Assembly: GCA_028534125.1 (NCBI GenBank)
Contig: CM052817.1
Span: forward strand, 100,938,001 to 101,002,000
Length of the DNA stretch: 64,000 nt
Reading direction: 5' to 3'
Source of the DNA: Lama glama
Taxonomy: Eukaryota
Made by a program: the position numbers and the translations under genes. Of this stretch, positions 53,284 to 64,000 are shown piece by piece. The notes below the pieces were generated by a model, which saw nothing but the letters and a program-made list of their open reading frames with translations, searched no databases and had not been told where the DNA came from. How positions within the stretch are numbered: position 1 is the stretch's first letter; every line of letters begins with the position of its first letter.

Positions 53284-54058
53284 CAGAGATAAAACAAGAA
53301 GAAAACCTACGGAATGGGAGAAAATTTTTGCAAGTGAAACCGACAAAGGCTTGATCTCCAAAATATATAAGCAGCTCATACGACTCAATAAGAAAAAAAT
53401 AAACAACCCAATCCAAAAATGGGCAGNNNNNNNNNNNNNNNNNNNNNNNNNNNNNNNNNNNNNNNNNNNNNNNNNNNNNNNNNNNNNNNNNNNNNNNNNN
53501 NNNNNNNNNNNNNNNNNNNNNNNNNNNNNNNNNNNNNNNNNNNNNNNNNNNNNNNNNNNNNNNNNNNNNNNNNNNNNNNNNNNNNNNNNNNNNNNNNNNN
53601 NNNNNNNNNNNNNNNNNNNNNNNNNNNNNNNNNNNNNNNNNNNNNNNNNNNNNNNNNNNNNNNNNNNNNNNNNNNNNNNNNNNNNNNNNNNNNNNNNNNN
53701 NNNNNNNNNNNNNNNNNNNNNNNNNNNNNNNNNNNNNNNNNNNNNNNNNNNNNNNNNNNNNNNNNNNNNNNNNNNNNNNNNNNNNNNNNNNNNNNNNNNN
53801 NNNNNNNNNNNNNNNNNNNNNNNNNNNNNNNNNNNNNNNNNNNNNNNNNNNNNNNNNNNNNNNNNNNNNNNNNNNNNNNNNNNNNNNNNNNNNNNNNNNN
53901 NNNNNNNNNNNNNNNNNNNNNNNNNNATAAATCACAGAGAAAAAAATGTGACAATGAGTGTGTATATGTCCATGTATGACTGAAAAATTGTACTGAACAC
54001 TGGAATTTGACACAACACTGTAAAATGATTATGAATCAATAAAAATGTAAAAAAAAAA
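53284..54058 (+). mobile_element. Young camelid L1, 5'-truncated, nested in older L1
   Basis: 13-bp TSD AAAACCTACCACA (53271-53283 / 54059-54071); TTTC|AAAA target; ORF2 ISKIYKQLIRLNKKKINNPIQKWA; AATAAA and polyA. Confidence 0.92.
53427..53926. other. Assembly gap (500 N) inside young L1
   Basis: Run of exactly 500 N. Confidence 1.
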
Positions 54059-55627
54059 AAAACCTACCACAAAGCTACAGTAATCAACACAGTCACAGTA
54101 TGGTGCTGGCATAAGGAAGACATACAGATAGTGAAACAGAATTGAGAGTACAGAAATAGACCCTTATATTTATGGTTAGTTGAGGTTCAACAAGGTTGTC
54201 AAGACATATTTCAATGTCGAAAGAATAGTCTTTAACAAATGGTGCTCGGACAACTGGATATCCATGTGCAAAAAATGAAGTTTAACCCAGACCTCACACC
54301 ATACTCTAAAATTAACTCAAAATGGAGCAAAGACTTAAACGTAAGAGCTAAAACTATAAAACTCTTAGAAGAAAATCATAGTTGTGAATCTTTATGACCT
54401 CAGATTAGGCACTTTAGTTTCTTAGATATGAAACCAGAAGCATGAACAACAACAAAATAAATAAATTTGTCAAAATTTAAAACTTCTGTGTTTTAAAGAA
54501 CACCATGAAGGAAGTGAAAAGGCAGTTGACAGAATGGGAAAAAATATTTATAAATCATGTCTGATAAGTGATTTTTCTCTTACAACTCAACATTAAAATG
54601 GTAAATGACCCACTTAAAAATGGGTCAGAAAATTGAAATAGACGTTTCTCCAAAGAAGATACACAAATGTCAATAAGCATATGGAAAGATATTCAACGTC
54701 ATTAGTCATTAGGGAACTCTATATCAACACTTCAGTGAGATACTAGTTCCTACCTGCTAGGATGGCTGTTATCAAAAAGACAGATACTAACAAGTATTGA
54801 TGAGGATGTGGAGAAACTGGAACCCTCATACTTTGCTTTTGGGAATGTAAGATGGTGTAGCCCTTTTGGAAGACAGTCTGACAATTCCTCAAAAAGTTAA
54901 ACATACAGTTACTATATGACCTAGCCAAAAACATATACAATAATGTCCATAGCAACATGATTCGTAATAGTGAAAAAGTGGAAACAGTCCAAATAGCTAT
55001 CAGCTAATGAATGGATAAACAAATTGTAAATAAACAATGGCATAGTATTCTACCATGAAAAGAAATGAACTGCTGATATATGCTACAATATGAATGAATG
55101 AACCTTAAAAATAGTATACTGTAAGACACATAGTATATGATTCCATTTATATGACTATCCAGAGTAAGCAAATTCATAGAAACAGAAAGTAGATTAGTAG
55201 TTGTCAGGGGCTGGTGAAGGGTAGTAATGGAAAGTGACTTCTCATGGGTGCAGAGTTTGTTTTTGGGGTGATAAAGATGTTCTATAATTAGATAGTAGTG
55301 ATTGCTATATAACTGTAAATATACCAAAAGCCACTGAATTATGTACTTTAAAAGTACATAGTTATATTTCAGTGAAGTGAATTCACAGTGCAGTGAATAC
55401 CTGTATGTCTACCATTCAATTAAGAACTAGAACATCATTTTACATTTTAAGTCGTTGTTTCCCTACTTAGCCACATGGCTCATTCCCTCACTTTGTTCAG
55501 AATTCTGCCCACATTTTACCTCTTCAGAGTGACCTTCCCTGAGTATCCCATCTAAAGAAGCACCCTTTGCCTGTCACTCTGTATCCCTCTTTATCCTGCA
55601 TTAAACAAACAAGCTTACTACTTACTA

Positions 55628-55835
55628 CAGTTTACCCCTGAACCATGGGTTGAGGCACGCACCCTCCCTGCTGTTGAATTTTCATATAACTTTACTTTCA
55701 GCCCTTCATATCTGCAATTCAGCATCGGAGGAATCAGCCACCTAGGATCATGTAGCACTGCTGTACAAACATATTTATTAAAAAAAAACATATAAGGAGA
55801 CACAGTTCAAACCTGTGTTGTTCAAGGGTCTGCTG
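55628..55835. mobile_element. Tigger2-type MITE inserted in an L2a (~55465-56020, +)
   Basis: Degenerate TIRs cagtttacccctgaac / gttcaagggtctgctg; L2 sequence either side. Confidence 0.75.
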
Positions 55836-56265
55836 TGCTTGTTACAGCACTTACTATTACCTGTGATGCAGTTAGTCGCTCTCAGTCTCCTCCTTTCCCC
55901 ACGCCTCCCGTGAGTCTAATGGGCAGACTTGGTCTGTTTCCTGCACTGCTGTATCTGTAGTGTCTAGAGCAGTAGCTCTCTTGACCTGGGTGCTCATTAA
56001 ATGTTGACTCAGTGAGTAAATGCTTTATGTTCCAGAGCTCAAGCATTACTTTCTCCTTTTCTGTTTGGTTCTCATGAATTTAGTCCCTGTTCTGAATGCT
56101 GCTGATACTGTCTTTACTTTGGCACCAAGTTCAACTTTTATATTAATGTTCGTGTATCTTGTCTCTCCAGGGAGGCAAGGATTGTACCTTATCTTTTTCT
56201 TTGTCCAGAAAGTTTAACATAGTAAGAATAAGCAGATAACTCATTAAATTTAAAGCAATCCTATT

Positions 56266-56476
56266 TTTTTAAACATTTTTTATTGAGTTATAGTCATTTT
56301 ACAATGTGTCAATTTCGAGTGTAGAGCACAATTTTTCAGTTATACATGAACATACATATATTCATTGTCACATTTTTTTTTTTGCTGTGAGCTACCACAA
56401 GATCTTGTATATATTTCCCTGTGCTATACAGTATAATCTTGTTTATCTATTCTGCATATGCCTGTCAGTATCTACA
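56266..56476 (-). mobile_element. Young camelid L1 3' end (211 bp)
   Basis: Perfect 14-bp TSD AAAGCAATCCTATT (56252-56265 / 56477-56490); highly similar to 29480-29662. Confidence 0.93.
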
Positions 56477-56544
56477 AAAGCAATCCTATTGTTATAGCAA
56501 CTTTCTAGTCTGTATGGTGTTTGATATGAAGTCAAACCATATAA

Positions 56545-57360
56545 TCCCTTAAGAACATTTAATAGTCTAGATTTTACTTCTAGTGAGACTGGAGAGTTTT
56601 GTCTAGGGAATAACTTTGATTGATGTGTGGAGTTAGAGGTCTGTGTCACGGATAGAAACAGGGAAACAATTGAGAGGCAGTTTGAATAATCCAGGTGAAA
56701 TATGATGCTGGCTTAGACCGGGGTGGAAGCAGTGGAGGTGGTGAGAGTTGTTTTGATCCTGGATATATTTTGAGGGTAAATCTAATAGGATCTGCTGCTG
56801 ATGGTCTGTATGTGGGTGTAAGAGAGGAAGAAGAGTCAAAGGTAACTCCTAAGATTTTTTTGGTAATATTTTGGTAGTAGAGATGCCATTAACTGAAAAG
56901 AGTAGGAACTATAGGTAGTAGTATTTTGTTCTGTCTGTTGAGAGTGGGGATTTACTGTGGAATCAGTCTGTTTGGGACATACTAAGTTTGAGGTGCCTAT
57001 GTGATATCCAAGTAGAAATAACAAGTGTGAAATATGTAATTAGATATTACTATAGAAGGAGGCCCAGGTAAGACATGAATTTTGGAGTTGTCAATGTATA
57101 GGTGATTTTTAAAGCCAGAGAAATAAATAAGATCATCCAAGACGTGAGGACAGGAGAGAAAATCCTCTGACTGAAGCCTGGGCACTCCAGGATTTGGAAG
57201 TTGGGGAGATGAGGAGGAATCAGCAAAGGAGACAATAGCACATATCAAATGACATAAGAGGAAGATAGGAGTGTCCTGAAGCTGGGGTTTGAAAATGTAA
57301 TAAGGAGAGAACAGTCACTTGTATCAAATGCTCTTTGATAAATCACGTAAAATGAGAATT
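56545..57360 (-). mobile_element. L2a fragment
   Basis: ctggatatattttgagggta, aagtttgaggtgcct, gatgaggaggaatcagcaaaggagac. Confidence 0.85.
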
Positions 57361-58368
57361 AACTTCATTAGTCATTAATTCAGGGTCCACCATACCAATC
57401 AAGTAATTTACCTAGGCAAAACGAATGAGCTTCTCAAGAAAAGCCCTTCTCAACACTTGTCAGTTATGAGAGACTGTATTTCTTAAGTTTTGACTTTGCA
57501 AATTGGAAAACTCAAAATGTTAACTCTGAGTTTTCAGATTATAACTGTACATTATATGTGGTGGAATAGAGTATTAGGAAAGGATTTCAAAGGCATTTAT
57601 ATTTTAATGCATCACTAACGTGTCATTGTTGTAAAAAAACAATAGGATCTATTCATAGACTCTGATTACGAAAATTGGGTAATTCCTCATACCTAAGCCA
57701 GAGGAAAGAAGACTTCTAATTGGAAGTCTGTGTTTTGGCTTCCTCTCTTTTCTGTTACTGTAAGACTGAATGTCAGATATTACTACATTTATTACAGTTA
57801 CAAGCTAACTTGCAATTAGGTTGGCTAACATCCATGTTTAATGTAAATCTAAGTTGCAGAAAATTTCCTTTACCTCACCCTGTTTGAAGTGAGAGAAGCC
57901 CTGTTTACCTAACTAGCCTTGAAATCAAAGGGAAATTTAATATTGCAAGTTAATGATTTATTTATACTGAACATTAGCCAGGCTCATCATGATTATATTA
58001 GATATCAGTTTTTTAATATTAGACATGACATTTTAGCCATCTTACTTCTGTTCTTTAAAATGATTTTCCTGGTGTATCAGTAGATTAGAAATTTGAAATT
58101 GAATCTTAATATCTGTCTGATGCTTAGTTCTAAAATGATGAAAGTATTTTGTATTTGGTATACACTACACCTCTTAATAGCAAATCTTGCTGAGTTTGCT
58201 GCTGATTATACATCATTACAGAGTGCCATGACAGCATAAGGATATGCTACATAGAAGAGAGAAAAATAGTAAAAGGTGTTATTAAAAGGACACAATTAAG
58301 CTGAACAATTAAGTTATGGAATATGAGAGTTTTTACAAGATTTTCTTTTTTATTCAAATGCTGCTAAG

Positions 58369-58477
58369 GATTTGAAGTGCTCATTACCAGCTGGACTTGG
58401 TCTCTCAGAAACCCAGATCACATCTCACGGCTTTGACAGTACCAAAGAGGGAGTTATTGAAGCAGGAGCATTTCAAG
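58369..58477 (+). CDS. ARFIP1: Arfaptin-1 next coding exon, DLKCSLPAGLGLSETQITSHGFDSTKEGVIEAGAFQ(G)
   Basis: 109 nt continuing the frame from the previous exon; acceptor AAG at 58366-58368, donor AAG|GTAAGG; matches recalled arfaptin-1 sequence. Confidence 0.96.
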
Positions 58478-58883
58478 GTAAGGAACTCATTATTTTTAAA
58501 GATGGCTTGTGTGGAGGGTGGGAGAAGTTCACTAAATGCTACCTTTATTAATAAAATACAAGAATTGACCCCTTTAATGCCATGATAAAACACTGATTAT
58601 AAACATAATCCTTTTTCTCTTCAATTTAAATAATTTAGGAATTCTTTTTAGCAGTCATCTTTATGTAAATAGATCATTGTTCATAATTTTGCTGGTTATT
58701 AATAATTGACTTTAAAATACTGAAATAAAAACTCAAAAATTACATAAGGAATGCAGATTTAAATTATTTTAACTGTAACCACAAAATTTGTAACTATAAG
58801 CCAGTATTGGTTTGTATAAATACATATTTCCTATTTAAAAGCAATTAGGAAAATGAAACTTTTCTTTTTCTTACTATACTTTC

Positions 58884-59413
58884 TGTGTAGGAGGTCTCCA
58901 TGACCACCCTCAGATTCAATAATTTGCCAAGAGGACTCACAGGACTCAGTCTGTAGTCATACTCCAGGCTGTGATTAGTACAGTTAGCAAAGGCAAAGGA
59001 TGCCTGAGGCAGAAGTCTGGGAAAACTAGGCATAAGCCTGCACGGGTCTTTTGCTAGTACAGTCACATGGAACATATCTAATTCTCCCTGCAGAGTTGTG
59101 ATAACAAATATGAAATGTTGCTAACCAGGGAAGGCCATTAGAGACTTGATGCCCAGGATTTTTGTTGGAAACTGCTCACTTAGGCACCCTCTGCCTAGCG
59201 TGTACCAAGATTCCAGACTCCCAGAAGGAAAGCATAAACCACATGGTTAGTATATACAATTGAAGCATAGTGAGCGAGGCTTAGACATTCTGGGAATGGA
59301 GGCAATCAACCCAAAATTAAAGTTCCCAGATGCCAACCAAGGGCTAGTTTTTTGTAAGCTGGTCTGTTTAAGGATAAGTAGTTAGACCTGCTATTTTAGC
59401 TCTTTTCTGCACA
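58884..59413 (-). mobile_element. MER21/MER77-like ERVL solo LTR
   Basis: TG...CA ends; minus start TGTGCAGAAAAGAGCTAAAATAGCAGG; flanks ctttc/cattc. Confidence 0.82.
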
Positions 59414-59419
59414 CATTCC

Positions 59420-59443
59420 ATATATATATATATATATATGTGT
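59420..59443. repeat. (TA)n microsatellite
   Basis: atatatatatatatatatatgtgt. Confidence 0.9.
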
Positions 59444-59917
59444 GTCTACTTTTAATATAAAGAAAAACACCTCTTTTTTTTTTAATGCTCTTGCCTATAA
59501 TAACCTTGTTTAGGTGTTTTTTCATTTCACACAAGTGAAGTGAAAATAAAATCATGTGCACAATTAGATGCAAAAAATGGATTGTTTTCTTGATGGAGCT
59601 ATAAAAGTGACAGCTGTGGTTGATGTTCAGTGAAGTGTAACAATTTTAATACTACATTATAATTTCGCTAAATGAAAAAAATATCTCCATGCCTTTGTAA
59701 TCCTTAGCCCTCTTGCAGATGATGGTATTCTATATTTTTATTACACCAATGGCCAGTACTTTAATCAAAAACAATTTATATTTTGAAATGTATTCTTTGC
59801 TAAACAGATCCTGAAACTAGGCATTTAAGATAACCCGGTATAATACCTTCTACTCTGGGCTGTAAAATGAATGGGCTATCTAGTGACATCATTTTTTTTT
59901 TCCCCTTTTCATTCTTA

Positions 59918-60009
59918 AAATTTTTTTTTAAGTGGAGGTACTGGGGATTGAATGCAGGACCTCCTGCATGCTAAGCTTGTGCTCCACCACTGAGTTGTAC
60001 CCACGCCCC
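59918..60009 (-). mobile_element. tRNA-Ala-derived camelid SINE (Vic-1-like)
   Basis: Minus strand GGGGCGTGGGTACAACTCAGTGGTGGAGCACAAGCTTAGCATGC...TTCAATCCCCAGTACCTCCA plus A tail; 13-bp TSD with 2 mismatches. Confidence 0.85.
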
Positions 60010-60494
60010 TACTTTTTGTTCTTATGTTCAGAAAAATAAAGATATAGAAAGGAACATACATGTCAATGTATCAGTAGTCATTGTGTAGCATTGTGGTGTC
60101 CTTATCTAGGGGTTAACTTTGAATTTGAAAAGGTTAACTGATTGCCTAAAACGAATACTTAAAGATATAAGGCTGGCTTTGCATAATGTGACAACATTTT
60201 TGGACCAATCACCAATTTCCAAATTTAAATGTCAATATAGAATTAAAAAGTACTTTTACTATTAAGATGTTTTAAGTGTTTTCAGTGAAATTATTTAGCT
60301 GACATTTGGTGTTATCCTTTTGCCCTTAAGTGGAATAGTATTATACAGTAATCGAAATCAGCTGGCCATTATCACCTGCTGTGCATAAGCATGAAAATGC
60401 CAGTCAGTTTCACTTGCTTATAAATGCATCCTAATCCTTTAAATTGGAATAAAAAATACGTTTTACGGTAATGGCAGTAATTTATGTCTCTTTG

Positions 60495-60950
60495 TTTTAA
60501 AGTTACTACAAAATAATGGCTTTATTTCCCTGTGCTGTACAATTAACTAAATAGTTTATACATAGTAGTTTGTTCCTCTTAATCCTAGACCTTTGCACCC
60601 CTCTCCTCCTCTCTCTCTCTCCCCTGGTAACCACTAGTTTGTTCTCTGTATCTGTGAGTCTGTTTCAGTTTTGTTATATACATTGGTTTATTTTATTTTT
60701 TAGATTCCTCAAGTAAGTGATAACAAGAATATTTGTCTTTGACTTATTCCACCAGGTGTAATACCATCTAGGTCCATCCGTGTTGTTGCAAATGGCAGAA
60801 TCTCATTTTTATGGCTGAGTAATATTCCACTGTATATGTATATATTCCACATCTTCTTTATGATTCATCTGTTGACAGAACTGACACTTAGGTTGCTTCC
60901 ATATCTGGGCTATTGTAAATAATGCTTCTATGAACATTGAGGTGCATATG
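60495..60950 (-). mobile_element. L1 (L1MA9-like) 3'UTR
   Basis: ggtaaccactagtttgttctctgtatctgtgagtctgttt; gttgcaaatggcagaat. Confidence 0.85.
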
Positions 60951-62480
60951 TTATAAAACATTTTTTAACGTAAACTACATTGTTAATCAATGTATAAAAG
61001 GATAATCATTCTGCCATACTTAGATTATTTAAGCATTTATTGGAAAGTTGTAGTTAAGTGCCCTTGTTTTAAGACATATATAGATAAATTGGAATGAACA
61101 TGAGAAAAAGTAGCATGATTAAAATGTAAGAAATGGGTTTTATGAAAAAATGTTAGGAGTTGGGGCTATGTTAGCTCTCTGGAAAAGTGACTGAATGAGA
61201 ATATAATAACTCTATTACTTGAACAGTATTGAACAGTATGTGTTACTACAGTAAGAGTACTAACCATTTGCTTTTCCATTTCTAGAGCAAATTTAGAAGA
61301 AATTATACTTAAATTTAGCCTAATGACAACAAATGTTGAAATCTGCCCAACAAATACAGTGAAGAATCAATAATAATGTAAATCATGAATAAATTAAAAC
61401 GCATAAAAGTAAAATGTACCTAGCCCCTGAGTTTTGTTTTAATGAAGTTTTAATCATTGCATACACATATTCATATTCCCAAATTTCTACTTTTGAGATA
61501 AAACAGAGCTAAATTCTCAGATTTAGTCAGTCAGCAAAAGCCTAGAGTTCTAAGAATTATTTTTGTTGGAATGATTTAGTTATTTATTGTGAATGATTTT
61601 AGTAACTAATTTAGATTAGTGGTTTAAAGGGTTGAAGTTACAGAGAATAATTACCCTTGAAAGTAAAGCAAACAGTTGAAGTACCCGGTTACCTCAGCAC
61701 CATGTCTTTGCTACTTTAGTTTGAAAAGTTCTGTGTCATTTGTTACATATATTCAACATATCTCATGTTGTGTCATGGTATTATTTCTCATGCAAGATTA
61801 ATAAACAGTAATAACTAGAACAACGGAGCTCTGTTCCTGGGATCATCAAGAAATGAAACTACGGTAGTCATTTTTTATTTATATAATATAGAATATTATA
61901 TAAGGGTTTCCTTATATAATAGAAACCCTTGTGCCTTCGATGTTAGAGATACAGTCTTTGCTTAAAATGGTCATTGGATTGGGTAACTTATTAAATGCCT
62001 TCCAACTCAGCAAGTAATTTATGGATTAGTGTTTTCTGTATTGAAAAATGGAGATGCTATGGTGTGGGTTCAGAACATCTGAGTCTCTAATAAGAAGCTG
62101 TTTTTACCTCTCTGGGCCCCATTTCTTCTGTAGTTTAATGTTAGACTAGTTGATTTCCATTGTCCTTCCCAGTTTTTAATTTTATGTTTCAACAGTTGTT
62201 TTTTTTTAAAGCAGATATCTTTCACTTTGAAAGATATCATCGATCTACTAGATCTATTGCATGTTTGGATTTTAATGTTAGATTCAATCCATAGGTTTTC
62301 ATATTAGAACTGGTGACTGTTTCTGATCAGAATTCATATCTGGGATATGAGAAAGTTGATGCTGATTCTGTCTTACTAGAAAATTTTAACTATAAATTTG
62401 ACACATTATATGTTTTCTAGAGACTGGGAAAGAATGTAGTTGAAATAAAATTATCTTACAAACATTAAAATATACTCAGC

Positions 62481-62636
62481 CAGCAGAGAACCTATATTCA
62501 ATATCTTGTAGTAACCTGTAATAAAAAAGAATATGAAAAGAAGTATATGCATGTATATGTATGACTGAAACATTATGCTGAATACCAGAAATTGATACAG
62601 CATAGTAAACTGACTATACTTCAATTTAAAAAAAGA
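62481..62636 (+). mobile_element. Short L1 3' end, older camelid/artiodactyl type
   Basis: tattcaatatcttgtagtaacct...gactatacttcaatttaaaaaaa; flanks share actcagc (degenerate TSD). Confidence 0.8.
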
Positions 62637-62969
62637 AAGATACACACTCAGCTAAATGTAAAAGAATGTTAATAATTTTTTCAACTTGGTTTTAATTATC
62701 ACTTCCCTAAAAATATGTAGCCTTTAGAATTTAAAATAAAGAAATTAATGAAAATAGCAGTTTTCTTTAAGTTTATTGCTGGACATTAGCAACAGTGTTG
62801 GGTAGCTAGTTTTTCTTTGTAGATAACTAAGGCTCAGAGATGGTAAGTAATTTGCCGGGGTATTCCTGATACTGTATGGTAAACAGAGCCAGAATTTCAA
62901 ACCCAGAGTTAGAACTTAAAACTCAGTTGTGTTTGAGAATAATCTAAGTAGCTTTTAAAAAACTATAGT

Positions 62970-63190
62970 TTCATAATGTACAGCACGGTGACTATAGTTA
63001 ATAATAATGTATTATGTACTTAAAATTGCTAAGAGAATAGATCTTAAGTGTTCTCAGCACACACAGAAAAGGTAACTATGTGAAGTGATGGATGTAATCA
63101 TTTCACAATGTATACATATATGTCAAAACATCACTTTGTACACCTTAAATAGATCCAGTTTTTATTTGTCTAACAAATAATTAATGGAAA
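62970..63190 (+). mobile_element. L1MA-type 3' end
   Basis: atgtacagcacggtgactatagttaataata...ggtaactatgtgaagtgatgg. Confidence 0.85.
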
Positions 63191-63254
63191 CCAAAAAACA
63201 ATCAAATAATGAAGCTAAAAGTGTCGTCCCCCCAAAAAAGCCCTACAGATACTT

Positions 63255-63512
63255 GCTTCACTGACGATCAGTAGATCTTGTGGAGTGTCCCAGGTATGTT
63301 TTAAAAGCTGCAGAAGTGATTCTTATGATCAGAATAGCACTCTATTTTAGCACTTCTCAAACTTCAAATACATAAAAATCACGTGAGGAATATGTGAAAT
63401 GCAGATTCTGGTCCACTAGTTCTGGGACAGGGTCTGAGTTTTGCATTTCTAATGAGCTCCCAGGTGACAACTAATGGAGGCTCCTCGCATCCATAGTGTG
63501 AGCAGCAATGAT
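63255..63512. mobile_element. MER5A/B-like hAT relics
   Basis: cttctcaaactt...aaatgcagattctg...tgcatttctaatgagctcccaggtga. Confidence 0.72.
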
Positions 63513-64000
63513 CTACACTATGTGATATTTAATTTATGATTGGAAAATTTCAGCTGCAATTTCTGTGAAGGCCATGATTCATTCACATTTCTGTGAATTT
63601 TAATTATGAATTTGATACAGCGTTACATGCCTTTGGATTTCTACTTGAAGAGCATTCTTTCTTATGTTAGGATAGCATGTTATAAAATATTTACTTGAGC
63701 TCTAAATCATTCAGCTATGGAACTTTAATCACATTGTTTTAATTGATTTGGAAATAGCAAAGCCCAGGTGAAGTCCTGTTTAGACGTAATCTTGCCCAGT
63801 TTCTTCTTAGAGTTATGTGTGATGTTTGGTTTTAATAATTCGATGAAAAGTTTATACAAGAACTCAGCCTAGTGGCATCCATTTATTGTTAGTCCATTCC
63901 TGCAAGAAAGCAAATATATTAACTGCAGCTTTTAATCCTAGTTTTTGAATATTTTAAAGGAAATGTTGGTAAACCTGTATTCAAAATGTACAGTATGTGG

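Larger units (their letters stand above)
52725..55365 (+). mobile_element. Old L1 (L1MB-type) ORF2 3' half and 3'UTR, interrupted by a young L1
   Basis: gattggaaaggaagaggtaaaactatct..., aaagctacagtaatc, and 3'UTR gaaacagaaagtagattag...ccactgaattatgtacttta. Confidence 0.88.

Noticed and set aside
58397..58585. Track ORF overlapping the second coding exon
   Set aside because: Wrong frame; the true exon frame starts at 58369
59930..60009. tRNA-Ala-like sequence
   Set aside because: Degenerate boxes, A tail and TSD identify it as a SINE rather than a tRNA gene
1..64000. Prokaryote-type systems (CRISPR arrays, operons), processed pseudogenes or NUMTs
   Set aside because: No regularly spaced repeats, dense ORFs, or recognisable mRNA or mitochondrial copies seen

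Overview
Mammalian genomic DNA, almost certainly a camelid, based on a tRNA-Ala-like SINE resembling Vic-1 and a young L1 family. The window holds the 5' half of ARFIP1 (arfaptin-1) on the + strand: a CpG-island bidirectional promoter (~2630-3800), non-coding exon 1 (ends 3545), first coding exon 40241-40342 (MAQESPK...FNR) and next coding exon 58369-58477. A minus-strand first exon diverges from the same promoter, probably TIGD4 by human synteny (recalled). The rest is intron packed with L1, L2, MIR, LTR and DNA-transposon relics, with three 500-N gaps, all inside L1s. Best lead: an 80-nt cassette exon at 17003-17082 whose ATG frame joins the ARFIP1 CDS in frame, adding 29 N-terminal residues. 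Its first bases (AG|GTATGT) also form a recursive-splice-type donor overlapping that ATG. Second lead: a TSD-flanked L1 with intact 5'UTR, ORF1 and 3' end but nearly all of ORF2 deleted at an AG junction, whose 5'UTR carries a + strand donor that could feed an alternative ARFIP1 first exon. Repeat subfamily names come from memory of consensus sequences and most repeat boundaries are approximate. Most ORFs in the track are spurious or L1 debris.
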